From assembly GCA_964609455.1 (NCBI GenBank), contig CAZSRD010000005.1, forward strand, positions 4,878 through 68,877: DNA of 64,000 bases, given 5' to 3'. Shown here piece after piece: positions 1 to 10,092 of the stretch. The position numbers and the translations under genes were made by a program. The notes under the pieces were generated by a model. That model saw only the letters and a program-made list of their open reading frames with translations. It searched no databases and was not told the origin of the DNA. The stretch's first letter is position 1. The number at the start of each line of letters is the position of its first letter. The DNA comes from an uncultured Methanosarcinales archaeon. Lineage in GTDB: Archaea > Nanobdellota > Nanobdellia > Woesearchaeales > JACPBV01.

Positions 1-40
1 CGGCTATATGCAAATTCTGCTTAAAAGAATATTTAGAGCA

Positions 41-111
41 ATATAAGTTTATGTAGTGGTTAACTTAGGGTAATATTTACAGATACCGACTAGAAATGTA
101 GTGGTTAACTT
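41..111. repeat. 16-bp direct repeat ATGTAGTGGTTAACTT x2, at 41-56 and 96-111; contains a GTTAAC palindrome
   Basis: Two identical copies visible in the first 120 nt, upstream of the MNT gene. Confidence 0.5.
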
Positions 112-350
112 CTTAAACTTTCAGCAGCAATCTCTTCACTTTTTTATCTATGCCCTTTACTTTGACTTCTTTTATTGATTCTCTTATGTTCTCTTCTGCC
201 TTTATTTATTGCATTTTTTAATATGTGCTGCACATGCACATTTTAGAATGTAGAATATTAAAAAACAGATGTTCCTTAATCACTTATTAGCCAATAAAAA
301 TAAAAAGATTTATATATCAAATATATAATATTATATATTGACTATACAAT

Positions 351-977
351 ATGAAACCTTACAAAGATACAGAAAACAAGATATTGGGAAACTTACTAAG
401 ACAGCCCCTGAAAAGCAAAAGTTTGCATCAGATTGCATTGGATACTGCGTTAACTTATGTAACTGTGCATAAAATAATACCTATCTTATTAAAAAGAAAA
501 TTAATAAAATTAGAAAAAAAAGGAAAGGCGAATCTTATCAGCATAGACTTTGAAAATTCCAGGATAGAGGATTTAAGCTCAGCCATATTGCATGAAAAAG
601 CTAAATTAATGAAAAAATACCCTCAAATTGCCATCTTAATAAGGGATATAGGGGAAGAACTGGCAGGAAAGCTCTATATACTGCTTTTTTTTGGCTCTTA
701 CGCTAAGGAAAATCCAAGAAAGGACTCTGATGTAGATTTGCTTTTTATTATTCAAGAAAGAAAAGATATTGAAGCTTATAAAGAGAAAATTAATAAAGCC
801 TTGAAGTTATCAACATTAAAAAAGGATTTTAATATAGTTACAACAAATGATTTCATAGATATGCTAAACCAGAAATATTCAGTTGGCAGAGGGGCTTTTG
901 AACAAGGAATTGTTCTTTTTGGAACAGAACCTTATTATGTTATGGTGAAAGAGCATGTTACAAAAAGAGGATATTGA
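351..977 (+). CDS. minimal nucleotidyltransferase (MNT) protein with an N-terminal winged-helix-like region
   Basis: Motif GSYAKENPRKDSDVDLLF matches the GS...DxD polymerase-beta/MNT signature. The ORF overlaps the following gene by 23 nt. Confidence 0.6.
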   Translation: MKPYKDTENKILGNLLRQPLKSKSLHQIALDTALTYVTVHKIIPILLKRKLIKLEKKGKANLISIDFENSRIEDLSSAILHEKAKLMKKYPQIAILIRDIGEELAGKLYILLFFGSYAKENPRKDSDVDLLFIIQERKDIEAYKEKINKALKLSTLKKDFNIVTTNDFIDMLNQKYSVGRGAFEQGIVLFGTEPYYVMVKEHVTKRGY

Positions 978-1566
978 AGAAGCTAAGAAACTCTTTAAAG
1001 AGTGGGACAATAAGCATATTTGGGATGCTCCTGAGCCTGCTTTTTTGGACCATACAAAGAAAAAAGCACAAGATTCTTTAAATTTGGCATTATACCTTTT
1101 AGATAAGGTTGAGCAGACAGAAGAACTTGAAGGCAACGATACAGTTACTATCTGGATTATTGCTGCAAGCTATTATTCAATGTTTTTTCAAGTTGAATAC
1201 TTATTGGGATTGGATGGAAAAAAGCTCCCAAGAGGAACAAAAGATACCCATAAAACAATTTATCTCGCTTTTATCTATTATTACATTGTTAAAGGCTCTG
1301 AACTAGAACAGAAAAAGCCCAAAGAGATAACAACGAGCAGAATGTCAAAAGCTTTGGCAATGTTTAAGGAATTGCAGGATGAAACTCTTGAGCTTCATAG
1401 AATAGAGAAAAGCGCTAAGGATTTGAAAAAACAAAAAGAACAACGGCACGAGTTTACTTATCAAATGAACAGGACAGCAGAAGTTTCTGAAGCAAAAAAC
1501 AGCACTATCAAAGCAACGCAATTTAGGGAATTAATTGAAGAGTATATAATGGCAAAGCAAGGGTAA
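955..1566 (+). CDS. putative HEPN-like partner of the MNT protein (toxin-antitoxin-like pair)
   Basis: Overlaps the MNT ORF in the usual MNT-HEPN order. Contains an R-x5-H candidate (RGTKDTH). Helical with a coiled-coil C-terminal tail. Confidence 0.35.
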   Translation: MLQKEDIEEAKKLFKEWDNKHIWDAPEPAFLDHTKKKAQDSLNLALYLLDKVEQTEELEGNDTVTIWIIAASYYSMFFQVEYLLGLDGKKLPRGTKDTHKTIYLAFIYYYIVKGSELEQKKPKEITTSRMSKALAMFKELQDETLELHRIEKSAKDLKKQKEQRHEFTYQMNRTAEVSEAKNSTIKATQFRELIEEYIMAKQG

Positions 1567-1737
1567 AGAATGAAAGTTTATGCTGCAGGGGGCCATGGGC
1601 TAGAGCATAATTCAATGCCCGGCTTTTTGCAGGATATCTCTTTTTTGAAAATTTGCAGGCCACTTATACGGCTTAGAATGGATAATGAGAAAATAAAAAT
1701 ACTAAAGTTTAAATACTAGCTTTACAAAAAATGGATT

Positions 1738-2019
1738 ATGGCAACGCTGAGAAGAAGGCCTAATGCTTTTGAAACAATCTTACTAATTATTGGGATTGCT
1801 TTGATAGTAGTTGGTTACATAGCTATACACCGAATGGTTGTTTTTGAAGGTGCGCTTTCTTGGGATCTTCTTCAGACAACTTTCTTATGGCTTTTGATGA
1901 TTCTAATGGTTATATTGGCAGCTGTTAACGAAAACATGAAGGAAGAGCTGAAGATTGTCATTCTGAACCAGGCAGAAGAGATAAGGCTTTTAAGGGAAGA
2001 TTTTAAGAAGAAGAGATAA
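1738..2019 (+). CDS. small membrane protein with two predicted transmembrane helices
   Basis: Hydrophobic segments LLIIGIALIVVGYIAI and LWLLMILMVILAAV. Confidence 0.3.
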   Translation: MATLRRRPNAFETILLIIGIALIVVGYIAIHRMVVFEGALSWDLLQTTFLWLLMILMVILAAVNENMKEELKIVILNQAEEIRLLREDFKKKR

Positions 2020-2068
2020 TTCTTAGAAAAGGTTTATATACCATCTTTAATTCTTATTAGGATAATTT

Positions 2069-5000
2069 ATGGTTGGGGGGTTAAAGATTAAGAAAATATT
2101 AAGATTACTTTCTATTTTTGTAGTCATCTTCATAGTTTCTTTTTCTCTTGTATATGCATTAGGGGACACTAGGTCAAACTTTTTAAATATGGTACCCTTA
2201 CGTGAAAAACGCGAAATTAATACTTATGAACTTATAAAAAATTTTAACACATTGTATATATTAGATGAATATAACTCATTGCAAGCCCCTAGTGGATATT
2301 TATGGGTGGTTGATTCTCATTTAGGTAATAATAAGTTACTTAAAATAAACCCCTTAGATGGTAGTATAGAGGCCAGTTTTGATATAATTAGTAGCCCAAG
2401 TTTAATAGGTCTCGCTTTTGATGGAAATAATCTTTGGATATCTGATTCTAATAATAATAAGATATATAAATATTCTAGGGCGGGTTTATTACTAAATACA
2501 TATGATTGTCCGTCCCCTTGTCGTTATCCTTATGGCCTTACATGGGATGGAAATAACTTATGGGTTGCAGCAGAAACTTCTACTTATAGGGATTATAAAT
2601 TATTTAAACTATCTTCTGATTTAGGGAGTATACTTACTTCTATTGATATTCCTGTAGAATATCCTTGGGATCCTGAAGGACTAACTTGGGATGGTTCCTA
2701 CCTTTTATATACTGAAGACTCATTTAATGGTTATCTAAGAAAAGTTACGCCGTTAGGACAGATATATTCTAGGATTTATAGTGAATATGATATTTTTGGC
2801 CTTGCTTTTGATGGGCAAAACCCTTGGGTTTCTTTATGGGGTTCAAGTTCTCAACCAGCTTATATTGGGAAACTAGGTGCAGATTATAGGTTAAGTTTTG
2901 CTAAAGAATACCCGGGGATTCTACCTAGAGATTCTGCTTGGGAATCTACGTCGGTTTGTGATTGTGGCTCTTGGTCAAACCAAGGTTGCGGTCAGGGAGG
3001 TTGTGCAGCAGACAAAATGTATCAGACAAGAACATGCAATCCATCTGGTTGTGATACACAATCTCAATGTGTTAGTGATGCAAGTTGTAATCCGCAATGC
3101 TCAGGTACAGACACTTCATGCGGCACTTACCCTAGTTGTACAAACTGCAACTCCAATGATGGCTGCAATGGTGATTCCTATAGGAATTATTATTGTGTAA
3201 GTAATGCTGCTGGATGTAGCTATACATCTGATAACTGTAATGACTGCTCATGCACATGCGGCGGGTATAACACAGCAGAAACAACTGCAAATGGAAATTG
3301 CGGCGATGGAAAAGATAATGACTGTGATGGAGATACTGATGGAGCTGATTCTGGTTGCGCAACATGCTCAGGTACAGACACTTCATGCGGCACTTACCCT
3401 AACTGTTTGAATTGTAATTCTTATGATACCTGCTCAGGAAATTATTATTACAACTATTACTGTTCCGGAACTTCCTGTACTTATTCTTCTGACAGCTGCA
3501 CTGACTGCTCATGCACATGCGGCGGGTATAACACAGCAGAAACAACTGCAAATGGAAATTGCGGCGATGGAAAAGATAATGACTGTGATGGAGATACTGA
3601 TGGAGCTGATTCTGGTTGCCAATCATGTGAATGCAGTTCTGAAGTATGTTGTGATGGCTGCCATTATAAACCTTCAGGAAGCCAGCCAACAGGATATACT
3701 GATGATTCAAATGGGTTCTGTGATGGCTCTAATTCTCCAACAGGAACAAATTATGTAAAGACAAGGGATTATTACTGCGATGGGGTTGACGCAGGTTTAC
3801 ATTATTTAGATACTATAGTTGATACATGCAGTACTTGTGAATACTGCACAAATAATGACTTAACATGCAATTATTATACTTCTTCTACTGTTTGCGGTTC
3901 GCAGGATTGCGACTACCTTGATACAATATGCAGGGACTATATTGATATGAATATGTATTGCAGCGGAAGCAGCAGTACCTGTAGTGCTTTTTGTTCTTCT
4001 TATACAAATGCTCCTGCCGGAACTTCATGTGGGGCTAGTCAGGAATGCGATGGTAATGGAAATTGCATTCAGGTAAGCCATTGCAATAATGGTGTAAAAG
4101 ACTATGATGAGTTAGGTATAGACTGCGGCGGAAGCTGTTCAAATCACGATTGTTGTGAGAACAATTATGAAGATTCTAATCTAGGTGAAGATGGTGTTGA
4201 TTGTGGTGGAGTTTGCCATTATAGTTGTGTTGTCCCAGTTATTTTGGTTCATGGTTATCTTAGCACCTCTGCTTCTTTATCAAATTTTGAGAATTGGTTG
4301 AGGGCAGATGGCTTCGCAGTTTATAATGTTGATTATGCACAGGGTTCTGCTTTTGCTAATGGGGATATTACTGATTACGCAAAAGTCCTATGTAAAGAAA
4401 TAGACCGAATTAGGAGAGTTGAAAAAGTAAATTATGTGGATATAGTTGCTCACTCAATGGGGGGCCTGGTAGCGAGGGAGTGCTTATTGCATTATGAAAC
4501 ACAAAAGGGAGTAAGGAAACTAATAATGTTGGGAACACCAAATCATGGCACTAATGCATTCGAGTCAAGTAAATATTTCACAACCTATATTGTCTCAATA
4601 TTTGATATAGGCCGTGGCTATTTGCAAGATGTTGCTTTATTGAATAGTATATTGGGGGTTGCAAGAAATCAAATGAGAGTATGCTCCCCATTTTTGAATC
4701 ACCTTAATTTTGGCGGAGATGTTGATAAAAGCAAGTGTGAATATCCTGAGAAGAGCACAGATATTTTAGTTAATGAGGTGGAGTATGATAATTTGGCAGG
4801 AGTTGTTGGATTGAGTTCCTTATTTCATCTTAAAAATAATGATATGTTAGTTAGTGTTGTTAGTGCTTATCTGGATGGAGCTTATAGAAATAATCCTGCG
4901 TATGGGTATGACCACTTTAAACTTGTTAAAGAAACAGAAACTTACCAGTGGGTGAAATCTGTCCTGGATGAAGAAGTAGTTGGTTCTTTAAGTAAGCTAA

Positions 5001-7576
5001 GCTTAAATTCAGATAAGATGGTTGCCCTAACAGAAGCAGGGCCTTCTGAAGAGGATTACCAGGAATTGCCTGAAATCAATGGGACAATCTATCCTGGTCA
5101 GATAAAGAACCATAGCATTAGCGTTGATTCTGCGCAGGAAATTATGTTTTCATTAGTTAGTTTTGCAGAGAATGTTAGCTTTTATTTGATTGACCCTAAT
5201 GGATTGAAAGTTGATGAAACATATTGTATAAGCAATAACCAGTGCAATTATTCTTTTTTTAGCGGTATTCATGGTTATGACATTTTAGGGCCCGTCACTG
5301 GGAATTGGAGCCTTATTATCGAAGCTGTAAATGTGAATGAAAGCGGCGATGATTATGCTATACTTACCAGTTTAATAACCGATCTTCACTTATCCCCAAC
5401 TACTCAAATAGTCCGATATAGGCTTAACGAACAGATGAACATAACAGCAAATCTTACAAAAAATGGAGATGCAGTTCTTGAAGCTGTATTGACAGCTAAA
5501 ATTCACAGGTCAGATGGTGTTGAAAGTTTGCTTGACCTATACGATGATGGGATACATAATGATAATTCAGCTAATGATGGAGTCTATGGAAATGCTTATA
5601 CAGATACGGATGAATATGGTGCTTATGATTTAGACATTACTGCCAAAGGCAGTTATAACGGAAACTTGTTTAGCAGGGCAGCACAATTTACTCTCTGGGT
5701 AGAAGACTATCCAGACTTGCTTGTTAAAACTATTTCTTTTTCTAATTCTACTCCAGTAGAAGATGAAAATGTTGTAATCTCTACTTTAATTGGTAATATT
5801 GGCGAAAAAGAAGCCATAAACGCCACAATAGAATTTTACCATTCGACTAAATATGAAGATGAGTTTATTGGCGAAGCCAATGTTAGCTTAGGTATTGGAG
5901 AAGAAGGCATTGCATCTGTTAATTGGACAAATATTACTGCGGGAGAATATAATGTTACTGTTTTGGTTTCTCCTTTTAATTCGTTTTTGGAGAGCGATTA
6001 TTCGAATAATAGGCTGGGAAAAAATATTACTATCCGAAGCAAATATTCGTTTAATATAAAAGTTTTTTCTCCAATCAATAAAATATACTATACAAATTCT
6101 ATTGATTTAAATTGGACTCTTAATCAAAGTGTTAGCTGGTGTGGATATAGTATAGACAGCAAAGAAGATGTAAGTATTCTTAGGAATGATGTGTTTTGTT
6201 GGGGTAGTAATTCCCATGGTGGATCTGATCCTTATAATGGGGGAAATGCAGTTCAGGTAGATTCTGGATGGGGGAATAATTGCGTTCTAAAATCAAACGG
6301 CAATGTACAATGCTGGGGGTATAGTAAATATGGTGAGTCAGATCCTTACAATGGCGGAGATGCAATCCAAGTATCTGCTGGTTATTATCATACTTGCGTT
6401 CTAAAATCAAACGGCAATGTACAATGCTGGGGGTATAGTAAATATGGTGAGTCAGATCCTTACAATGGCGGAGATGCAATCCAAGTATCTGCTGGTTATT
6501 ATCATACTTGTGTCCTTAAATCAAACGGCAATGTACAATGCTGGGGGTATAATGAGGATGGTAGAGCTGATCCCTACAATGGAGGAAATGCAATTCAAGT
6601 TTCTGCTGGTGTTTCTCATACTTGCATTCTAAAATCAGGTGGCAATGTAAAATGCTGGGGATTAAATGACCAAGGTCAAGTAATCTCCTATAATTTGGGA
6701 AATGCAATTCAAGTCTCTGCTGGTGCTTCTCATACTTGCATTCTAAAATCAGGTGGCAATGTAAAATGTTGGGGATTAAATGACCAAGGTCAATCAGAAC
6801 CTTATAATGGTGGAGACGCAATACAATTATCTGCTGGTGTTTGGCATAATTGTGTTCTTAAATCAAATGGGAATGTTCATTGTTGGGGAGATAATTATAG
6901 TGGTAAATCTACAGATTATAATGACGGAGACGCAACCCAGATATCTGTTAATTGTTGTAATACTTGTGCTATGATACATTCTGAAGGCAATTTAACTCTT
7001 AAGGATTTGCAACAAGGCGTACATAGCCTAGTTGTTTCTTGTAATGCTACCCTGGGTAGGATTGGTAAATCTAAGGATATCTTTTTTTTAGTAGCAACTA
7101 AAATCTATAATCTTACTTTAAGTGAGAATTGGAACTTGATTTCGCTACCAATAAGCTTATCAGATAATTCAGTAAACTCAGTATTCAGCAATATCAAATC
7201 AATCTTTACTTATGCTCCTTGGCTTTATTATTTCAACGAAACTAATAACAACTTCAATACAATCGATGAAACAAAGGCTTATTGGGTCAATTCGCTGGAA
7301 AACCAGACATTGACAATTGAGGGAATGGAGTTTGAGTATCCTATTTTCTTTAACCTGACTGAAGGGTGGAACCTAATTGCTTACCCTTCTTTGAATGTTA
7401 GTTTGATCAATGAAAGTTTGAAAGATGTTGAGTATGGGTCTATCTTGACATATAAAGATGATAACTGGCATTCTGGATTTGGTTTAGAGAATCTGACGCC
7501 CTGGCAGGGTTATTGGGTTAAGGTTCCTGCTAATGTTACTTGGGGCTTTGACGGCAGTGTTTTCAAAGAATCTTAG
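2069..7576 (+). CDS. giant secreted surface protein: signal peptide, beta-propeller-like repeats, Cys-rich tandem repeats, Lipase_2-like alpha/beta hydrolase, CARDB-like domain, RCC1-like repeats, shared C-terminal module
   Basis: N-terminal hydrophobic signal. NNLWISD/NNLWVAAE/GLTWDG blades. PVILVHGY plus DIVAHSMGG (GxSxG) as in Bacillus LipA. DLLVKTISFSNSTPVEDENV is CARDB-like. Seven repeats of CWG..G.....HTC.LKS.GNV.CWG. C-terminus GWNLIAYPSLN...WQGYWVKV. Confidence 0.85.
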   Translation: MVGGLKIKKILRLLSIFVVIFIVSFSLVYALGDTRSNFLNMVPLREKREINTYELIKNFNTLYILDEYNSLQAPSGYLWVVDSHLGNNKLLKINPLDGSIEASFDIISSPSLIGLAFDGNNLWISDSNNNKIYKYSRAGLLLNTYDCPSPCRYPYGLTWDGNNLWVAAETSTYRDYKLFKLSSDLGSILTSIDIPVEYPWDPEGLTWDGSYLLYTEDSFNGYLRKVTPLGQIYSRIYSEYDIFGLAFDGQNPWVSLWGSSSQPAYIGKLGADYRLSFAKEYPGILPRDSAWESTSVCDCGSWSNQGCGQGGCAADKMYQTRTCNPSGCDTQSQCVSDASCNPQCSGTDTSCGTYPSCTNCNSNDGCNGDSYRNYYCVSNAAGCSYTSDNCNDCSCTCGGYNTAETTANGNCGDGKDNDCDGDTDGADSGCATCSGTDTSCGTYPNCLNCNSYDTCSGNYYYNYYCSGTSCTYSSDSCTDCSCTCGGYNTAETTANGNCGDGKDNDCDGDTDGADSGCQSCECSSEVCCDGCHYKPSGSQPTGYTDDSNGFCDGSNSPTGTNYVKTRDYYCDGVDAGLHYLDTIVDTCSTCEYCTNNDLTCNYYTSSTVCGSQDCDYLDTICRDYIDMNMYCSGSSSTCSAFCSSYTNAPAGTSCGASQECDGNGNCIQVSHCNNGVKDYDELGIDCGGSCSNHDCCENNYEDSNLGEDGVDCGGVCHYSCVVPVILVHGYLSTSASLSNFENWLRADGFAVYNVDYAQGSAFANGDITDYAKVLCKEIDRIRRVEKVNYVDIVAHSMGGLVARECLLHYETQKGVRKLIMLGTPNHGTNAFESSKYFTTYIVSIFDIGRGYLQDVALLNSILGVARNQMRVCSPFLNHLNFGGDVDKSKCEYPEKSTDILVNEVEYDNLAGVVGLSSLFHLKNNDMLVSVVSAYLDGAYRNNPAYGYDHFKLVKETETYQWVKSVLDEEVVGSLSKLSLNSDKMVALTEAGPSEEDYQELPEINGTIYPGQIKNHSISVDSAQEIMFSLVSFAENVSFYLIDPNGLKVDETYCISNNQCNYSFFSGIHGYDILGPVTGNWSLIIEAVNVNESGDDYAILTSLITDLHLSPTTQIVRYRLNEQMNITANLTKNGDAVLEAVLTAKIHRSDGVESLLDLYDDGIHNDNSANDGVYGNAYTDTDEYGAYDLDITAKGSYNGNLFSRAAQFTLWVEDYPDLLVKTISFSNSTPVEDENVVISTLIGNIGEKEAINATIEFYHSTKYEDEFIGEANVSLGIGEEGIASVNWTNITAGEYNVTVLVSPFNSFLESDYSNNRLGKNITIRSKYSFNIKVFSPINKIYYTNSIDLNWTLNQSVSWCGYSIDSKEDVSILRNDVFCWGSNSHGGSDPYNGGNAVQVDSGWGNNCVLKSNGNVQCWGYSKYGESDPYNGGDAIQVSAGYYHTCVLKSNGNVQCWGYSKYGESDPYNGGDAIQVSAGYYHTCVLKSNGNVQCWGYNEDGRADPYNGGNAIQVSAGVSHTCILKSGGNVKCWGLNDQGQVISYNLGNAIQVSAGASHTCILKSGGNVKCWGLNDQGQSEPYNGGDAIQLSAGVWHNCVLKSNGNVHCWGDNYSGKSTDYNDGDATQISVNCCNTCAMIHSEGNLTLKDLQQGVHSLVVSCNATLGRIGKSKDIFFLVATKIYNLTLSENWNLISLPISLSDNSVNSVFSNIKSIFTYAPWLYYFNETNNNFNTIDETKAYWVNSLENQTLTIEGMEFEYPIFFNLTEGWNLIAYPSLNVSLINESLKDVEYGSILTYKDDNWHSGFGLENLTPWQGYWVKVPANVTWGFDGSVFKES
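3098..3619 (+). repeat. in-frame tandem duplication, 2 x about 261 bp, encoding an 87-aa Cys-rich unit; the 117-bp cores 3242-3358 and 3503-3619 are identical
   Basis: CSGTDTSCGTYP...CSCTCGGYNTAETTANGNCGDGKDNDCDGDTDGADSGC occurs twice. The repeat also explains the spurious overlapping ORFs in both strands here. Confidence 0.8.
6180..6960 (+). repeat. RCC1-like tandem repeats with a 120-bp period; two copies are nearly identical at DNA level (6301-6420 and 6421-6540)
   Basis: Repeated tgctgggggtatagtaaatatggtgagtcagatccttacaatggcggagatgcaatccaagtatctgctggttattatcatacttg. Confidence 0.8.
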
Positions 7577-8799
7577 AGCTTATCTAGAATCTGGCTTATA
7601 TAAAAAACAGGTATAAAATCAATTGCACACCCCTTTTCCTTTCTTTTTCCAGTGAATTGGTCTGCTGCTACAAACCCTTTTTTTGGCCTGTATTTTTCAA
7701 TGAAACTCATGAAGGATCTTGTAACCTTCTCCGATAACAATAGGGATTTTACCTCAAGCGGATAAACTTCATTATTTTTTATTATGACAAAATCAACTTC
7801 TGCTTTGGATTTGGAACGCCAATACCTCAACTCAAGCTCTTTTTTTATAATTTCAGAAGCGATGAAGTTCTCATTCAAAATGCCTTTGTCGATTCTTTTG
7901 TCAAGTTCTTGAAAACTGCTAATTACTATATTTCTGAATCCATTGTCAAAAAAATATATTTTGGGATTTTTGGTTAATTCTATCCTTTTATTGGTATAAT
8001 ATGGCCTGCTCATTTTACAAATAAACGTTTTTTCTAAGATATTGAGGTGCCGCAATAACTCGTAATGGCTGAAACCTGTTAGACTTGACAGTTCGTTATA
8101 GTTAATCAAACCGCCTATCTGCAATGACAGCACTTTAATAAGTTTGCTTAGCTTAAAATCAGCGGTTAACCCTAAAATCTCTTTTATCTCCTTTAGAAAA
8201 TAGGTATTATAGATGTTTTTCAACACTATTTCCTTTTCTTCTTTATTATGGGCAATAACAACTCTGGGGTAGCCCCCATAGGCGGCATATTCTTTGTAAA
8301 GCCCATAAATATGTTTTATGATAATCTTTGATAAATTTCCTTTAGTATAAATTTTTTCATAGATCTCTTTGCCCTTATAGCTTAAAAATTCTTCAAATGA
8401 GAATGGAAAAAGATTAAACACAAAAATCCTTCCAACAAGGTATTTAATGCTTTTAATTGTCAGCCCTGTTGCAGATGAGCCCGATATAAATATTTTGATA
8501 TTATAATTATCATAAATAAACTTGAGACTTTTGCCCCCGTCAGAGGCATATTGAAACTCATCAATAAAGAGGTACTTGTTTGGTTTTACGTATAGCTCTA
8601 TAAATGAGCTTATGTCTGTCATAAAAAGCTCAAGTTTTTCCCTATCTTCAAAATCAATAAATACTGCATTTTTTAGATTTTTAAATATGCGGTTTAGCAG
8701 GGTAGTCTTACCGCATTGTCTTGGCCCCATAACTGCTATGACCTCTTTTTTATTAAGGTACTTTAATAGTGTTTTTTCCAATGTTCTTGGTATGTACAT
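7573..8799 (-). CDS. AAA+ ATPase of the archaeal ATPase/DUF4143 type
   Basis: Walker A motif VMGPRQCGKTTLL. Overall layout typical of AAA_14/DUF4143 proteins. Confidence 0.7.
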   Translation of the reverse strand: MYIPRTLEKTLLKYLNKKEVIAVMGPRQCGKTTLLNRIFKNLKNAVFIDFEDREKLELFMTDISSFIELYVKPNKYLFIDEFQYASDGGKSLKFIYDNYNIKIFISGSSATGLTIKSIKYLVGRIFVFNLFPFSFEEFLSYKGKEIYEKIYTKGNLSKIIIKHIYGLYKEYAAYGGYPRVVIAHNKEEKEIVLKNIYNTYFLKEIKEILGLTADFKLSKLIKVLSLQIGGLINYNELSSLTGFSHYELLRHLNILEKTFICKMSRPYYTNKRIELTKNPKIYFFDNGFRNIVISSFQELDKRIDKGILNENFIASEIIKKELELRYWRSKSKAEVDFVIIKNNEVYPLEVKSLLLSEKVTRSFMSFIEKYRPKKGFVAADQFTGKRKEKGCAIDFIPVFYISQILDKL

Positions 8800-8902
8800 T
8801 TTATCCCTGCTAAAATTAAAATTAGTTAAATTTTAGCATTACTTATATTTAAAGATTTCTATAGTCTAGACTACATATAGGGTAGCCTAAAAGTCTAACT
8901 AT

Positions 8903-9175
8903 TCAATGCCCTAACATTCTCCAGATAAAATTCTGTATATTCTCAGAGAACATCAATGATAAGAAGATCACATATCCAAGGGTAAATAACACCAGCGCAA
9001 TTATCAAAGGAGCTGTTTGAGCAGGTGATAAAAGCTCTGAGCCTGAGGAAATATTATACTGCAGATAGAAGATCCATGACAAGCTTAAAACTATTGGCAA
9101 AGCCAATACTGTTTTTTTCCAAGGCTCTAATTTTGGATGTTTTTTAAAAACTTCTTCTTTAGCTTTTTTTCTCAT
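8903..9175 (-). CDS. small membrane protein
   Basis: Two hydrophobic helices. No recognisable motif. Confidence 0.3.
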   Translation of the reverse strand: MRKKAKEEVFKKHPKLEPWKKTVLALPIVLSLSWIFYLQYNISSGSELLSPAQTAPLIIALVLFTLGYVIFLSLMFSENIQNFIWRMLGH

Positions 9176-9676
9176 TTAGCATTCACCTATTTTATCTATT
9201 GAAAAACCGCTCTTTGGGCATAATCTTTGCTGACCAGCATTATTGAATTTAGGTATGAATATGACCTTTTCTATTTTACCAATACCTGAGTAAGAATGCT
9301 CTAGTTTCACTATCTCTCCGACATTTATTTTTCTGTCAATTTCTGATGAATCAATACCTTCCCCTAATACAGAAATGCCTAATCCATCCAGCTCAATCTC
9401 CCCATTATTTTGAATTGTGAAAAACAATACATTATCTTTGTAGCATATGCCTTTATTTTCACCATAATCAATAAGTGTTAAGCTAGTTTGTTTGCACTCT
9501 ACTGGTTTTGCTGGCGTGTAACCTGCTTTACCCCAGCTCATTACTACTCCACCTAAGGCTATAGCAAAAGCTATCAAAATGATTGTTGAAAATAAAGGGG
9601 ACATGGCTTTTTTTTGAAAAAATCTTCGATTTTTTCTAAACCTATAAAAAATTTTCAATTTTTTAAGTTTTCTCAT
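9176..9676 (-). CDS. archaeal type IV pilin-like protein with a class III signal peptide
   Basis: QKKAMSPLFSTIILIAFAIALGGVV resembles the [KR][GA]-[QS]P + hydrophobic helix prepilin N-terminus. The true start is probably internal to the ORF. Confidence 0.5.
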   Translation of the reverse strand: MRKLKKLKIFYRFRKNRRFFQKKAMSPLFSTIILIAFAIALGGVVMSWGKAGYTPAKPVECKQTSLTLIDYGENKGICYKDNVLFFTIQNNGEIELDGLGISVLGEGIDSSEIDRKINVGEIVKLEHSYSGIGKIEKVIFIPKFNNAGQQRLCPKSGFSIDKIGEC

Positions 9677-9966
9677 TTTCTCAATTCAAATAACCTTAAC
9701 CTTATCCATCTCTCTTCTTTGTGGGATATCACCAGATAAGGCACCGTGCTAATGATCAGAATAATAATCCCTACTATAACCAGGATATTTAACATTAGGC
9801 TATCTATATATTCAAAAGCAAAGCCTATAACTCCCGCTACTAAAAAACCAAAATAAAGAAAAAGGCCCATGTTTAGGACAATTCTAGCTTTTTCCCTGTT
9901 CATTCTGCTTTTTTCTACTTCCAGATAGATTGTTTCTTCACTCTTTTTTGGCATTATATCCACCAT
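9673..9966 (-). CDS. small membrane protein
   Basis: Hydrophobic helices. Sits in an apparent operon with the pilin-like gene. Confidence 0.3.
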   Translation of the reverse strand: MVDIMPKKSEETIYLEVEKSRMNREKARIVLNMGLFLYFGFLVAGVIGFAFEYIDSLMLNILVIVGIIILIISTVPYLVISHKEERWIRLRLFELRK

Positions 9967-10092
9967 AATCTGCTTAATATATAAATTTTGTGATTTATCC
10001 TCACTTTCCGTAATTTTTACAGAAAGGATTAAATAGGGATTTATATTCTTCTCGATGGGGGGGTTAAAATTAGAAAAATTATATGGTTAGCT

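Noticed and set aside
2898-3758. Six overlapping 60-110-aa ORFs on both strands (2898-3200, 3132-3386, 3204-3410, 3399-3710, 3423-3758)
   Set aside because: They lie inside the Cys-rich tandem repeat of the giant gene. They are frame and strand shadows of the repeat; several are near-duplicates of each other.
6180-6974. ORFs 6180-6479(-), 6417-6632(+), 6516-6821(-), 6780-6974(+)
   Set aside because: Shadow ORFs produced by the RCC1-like 120-bp repeats within the giant gene.
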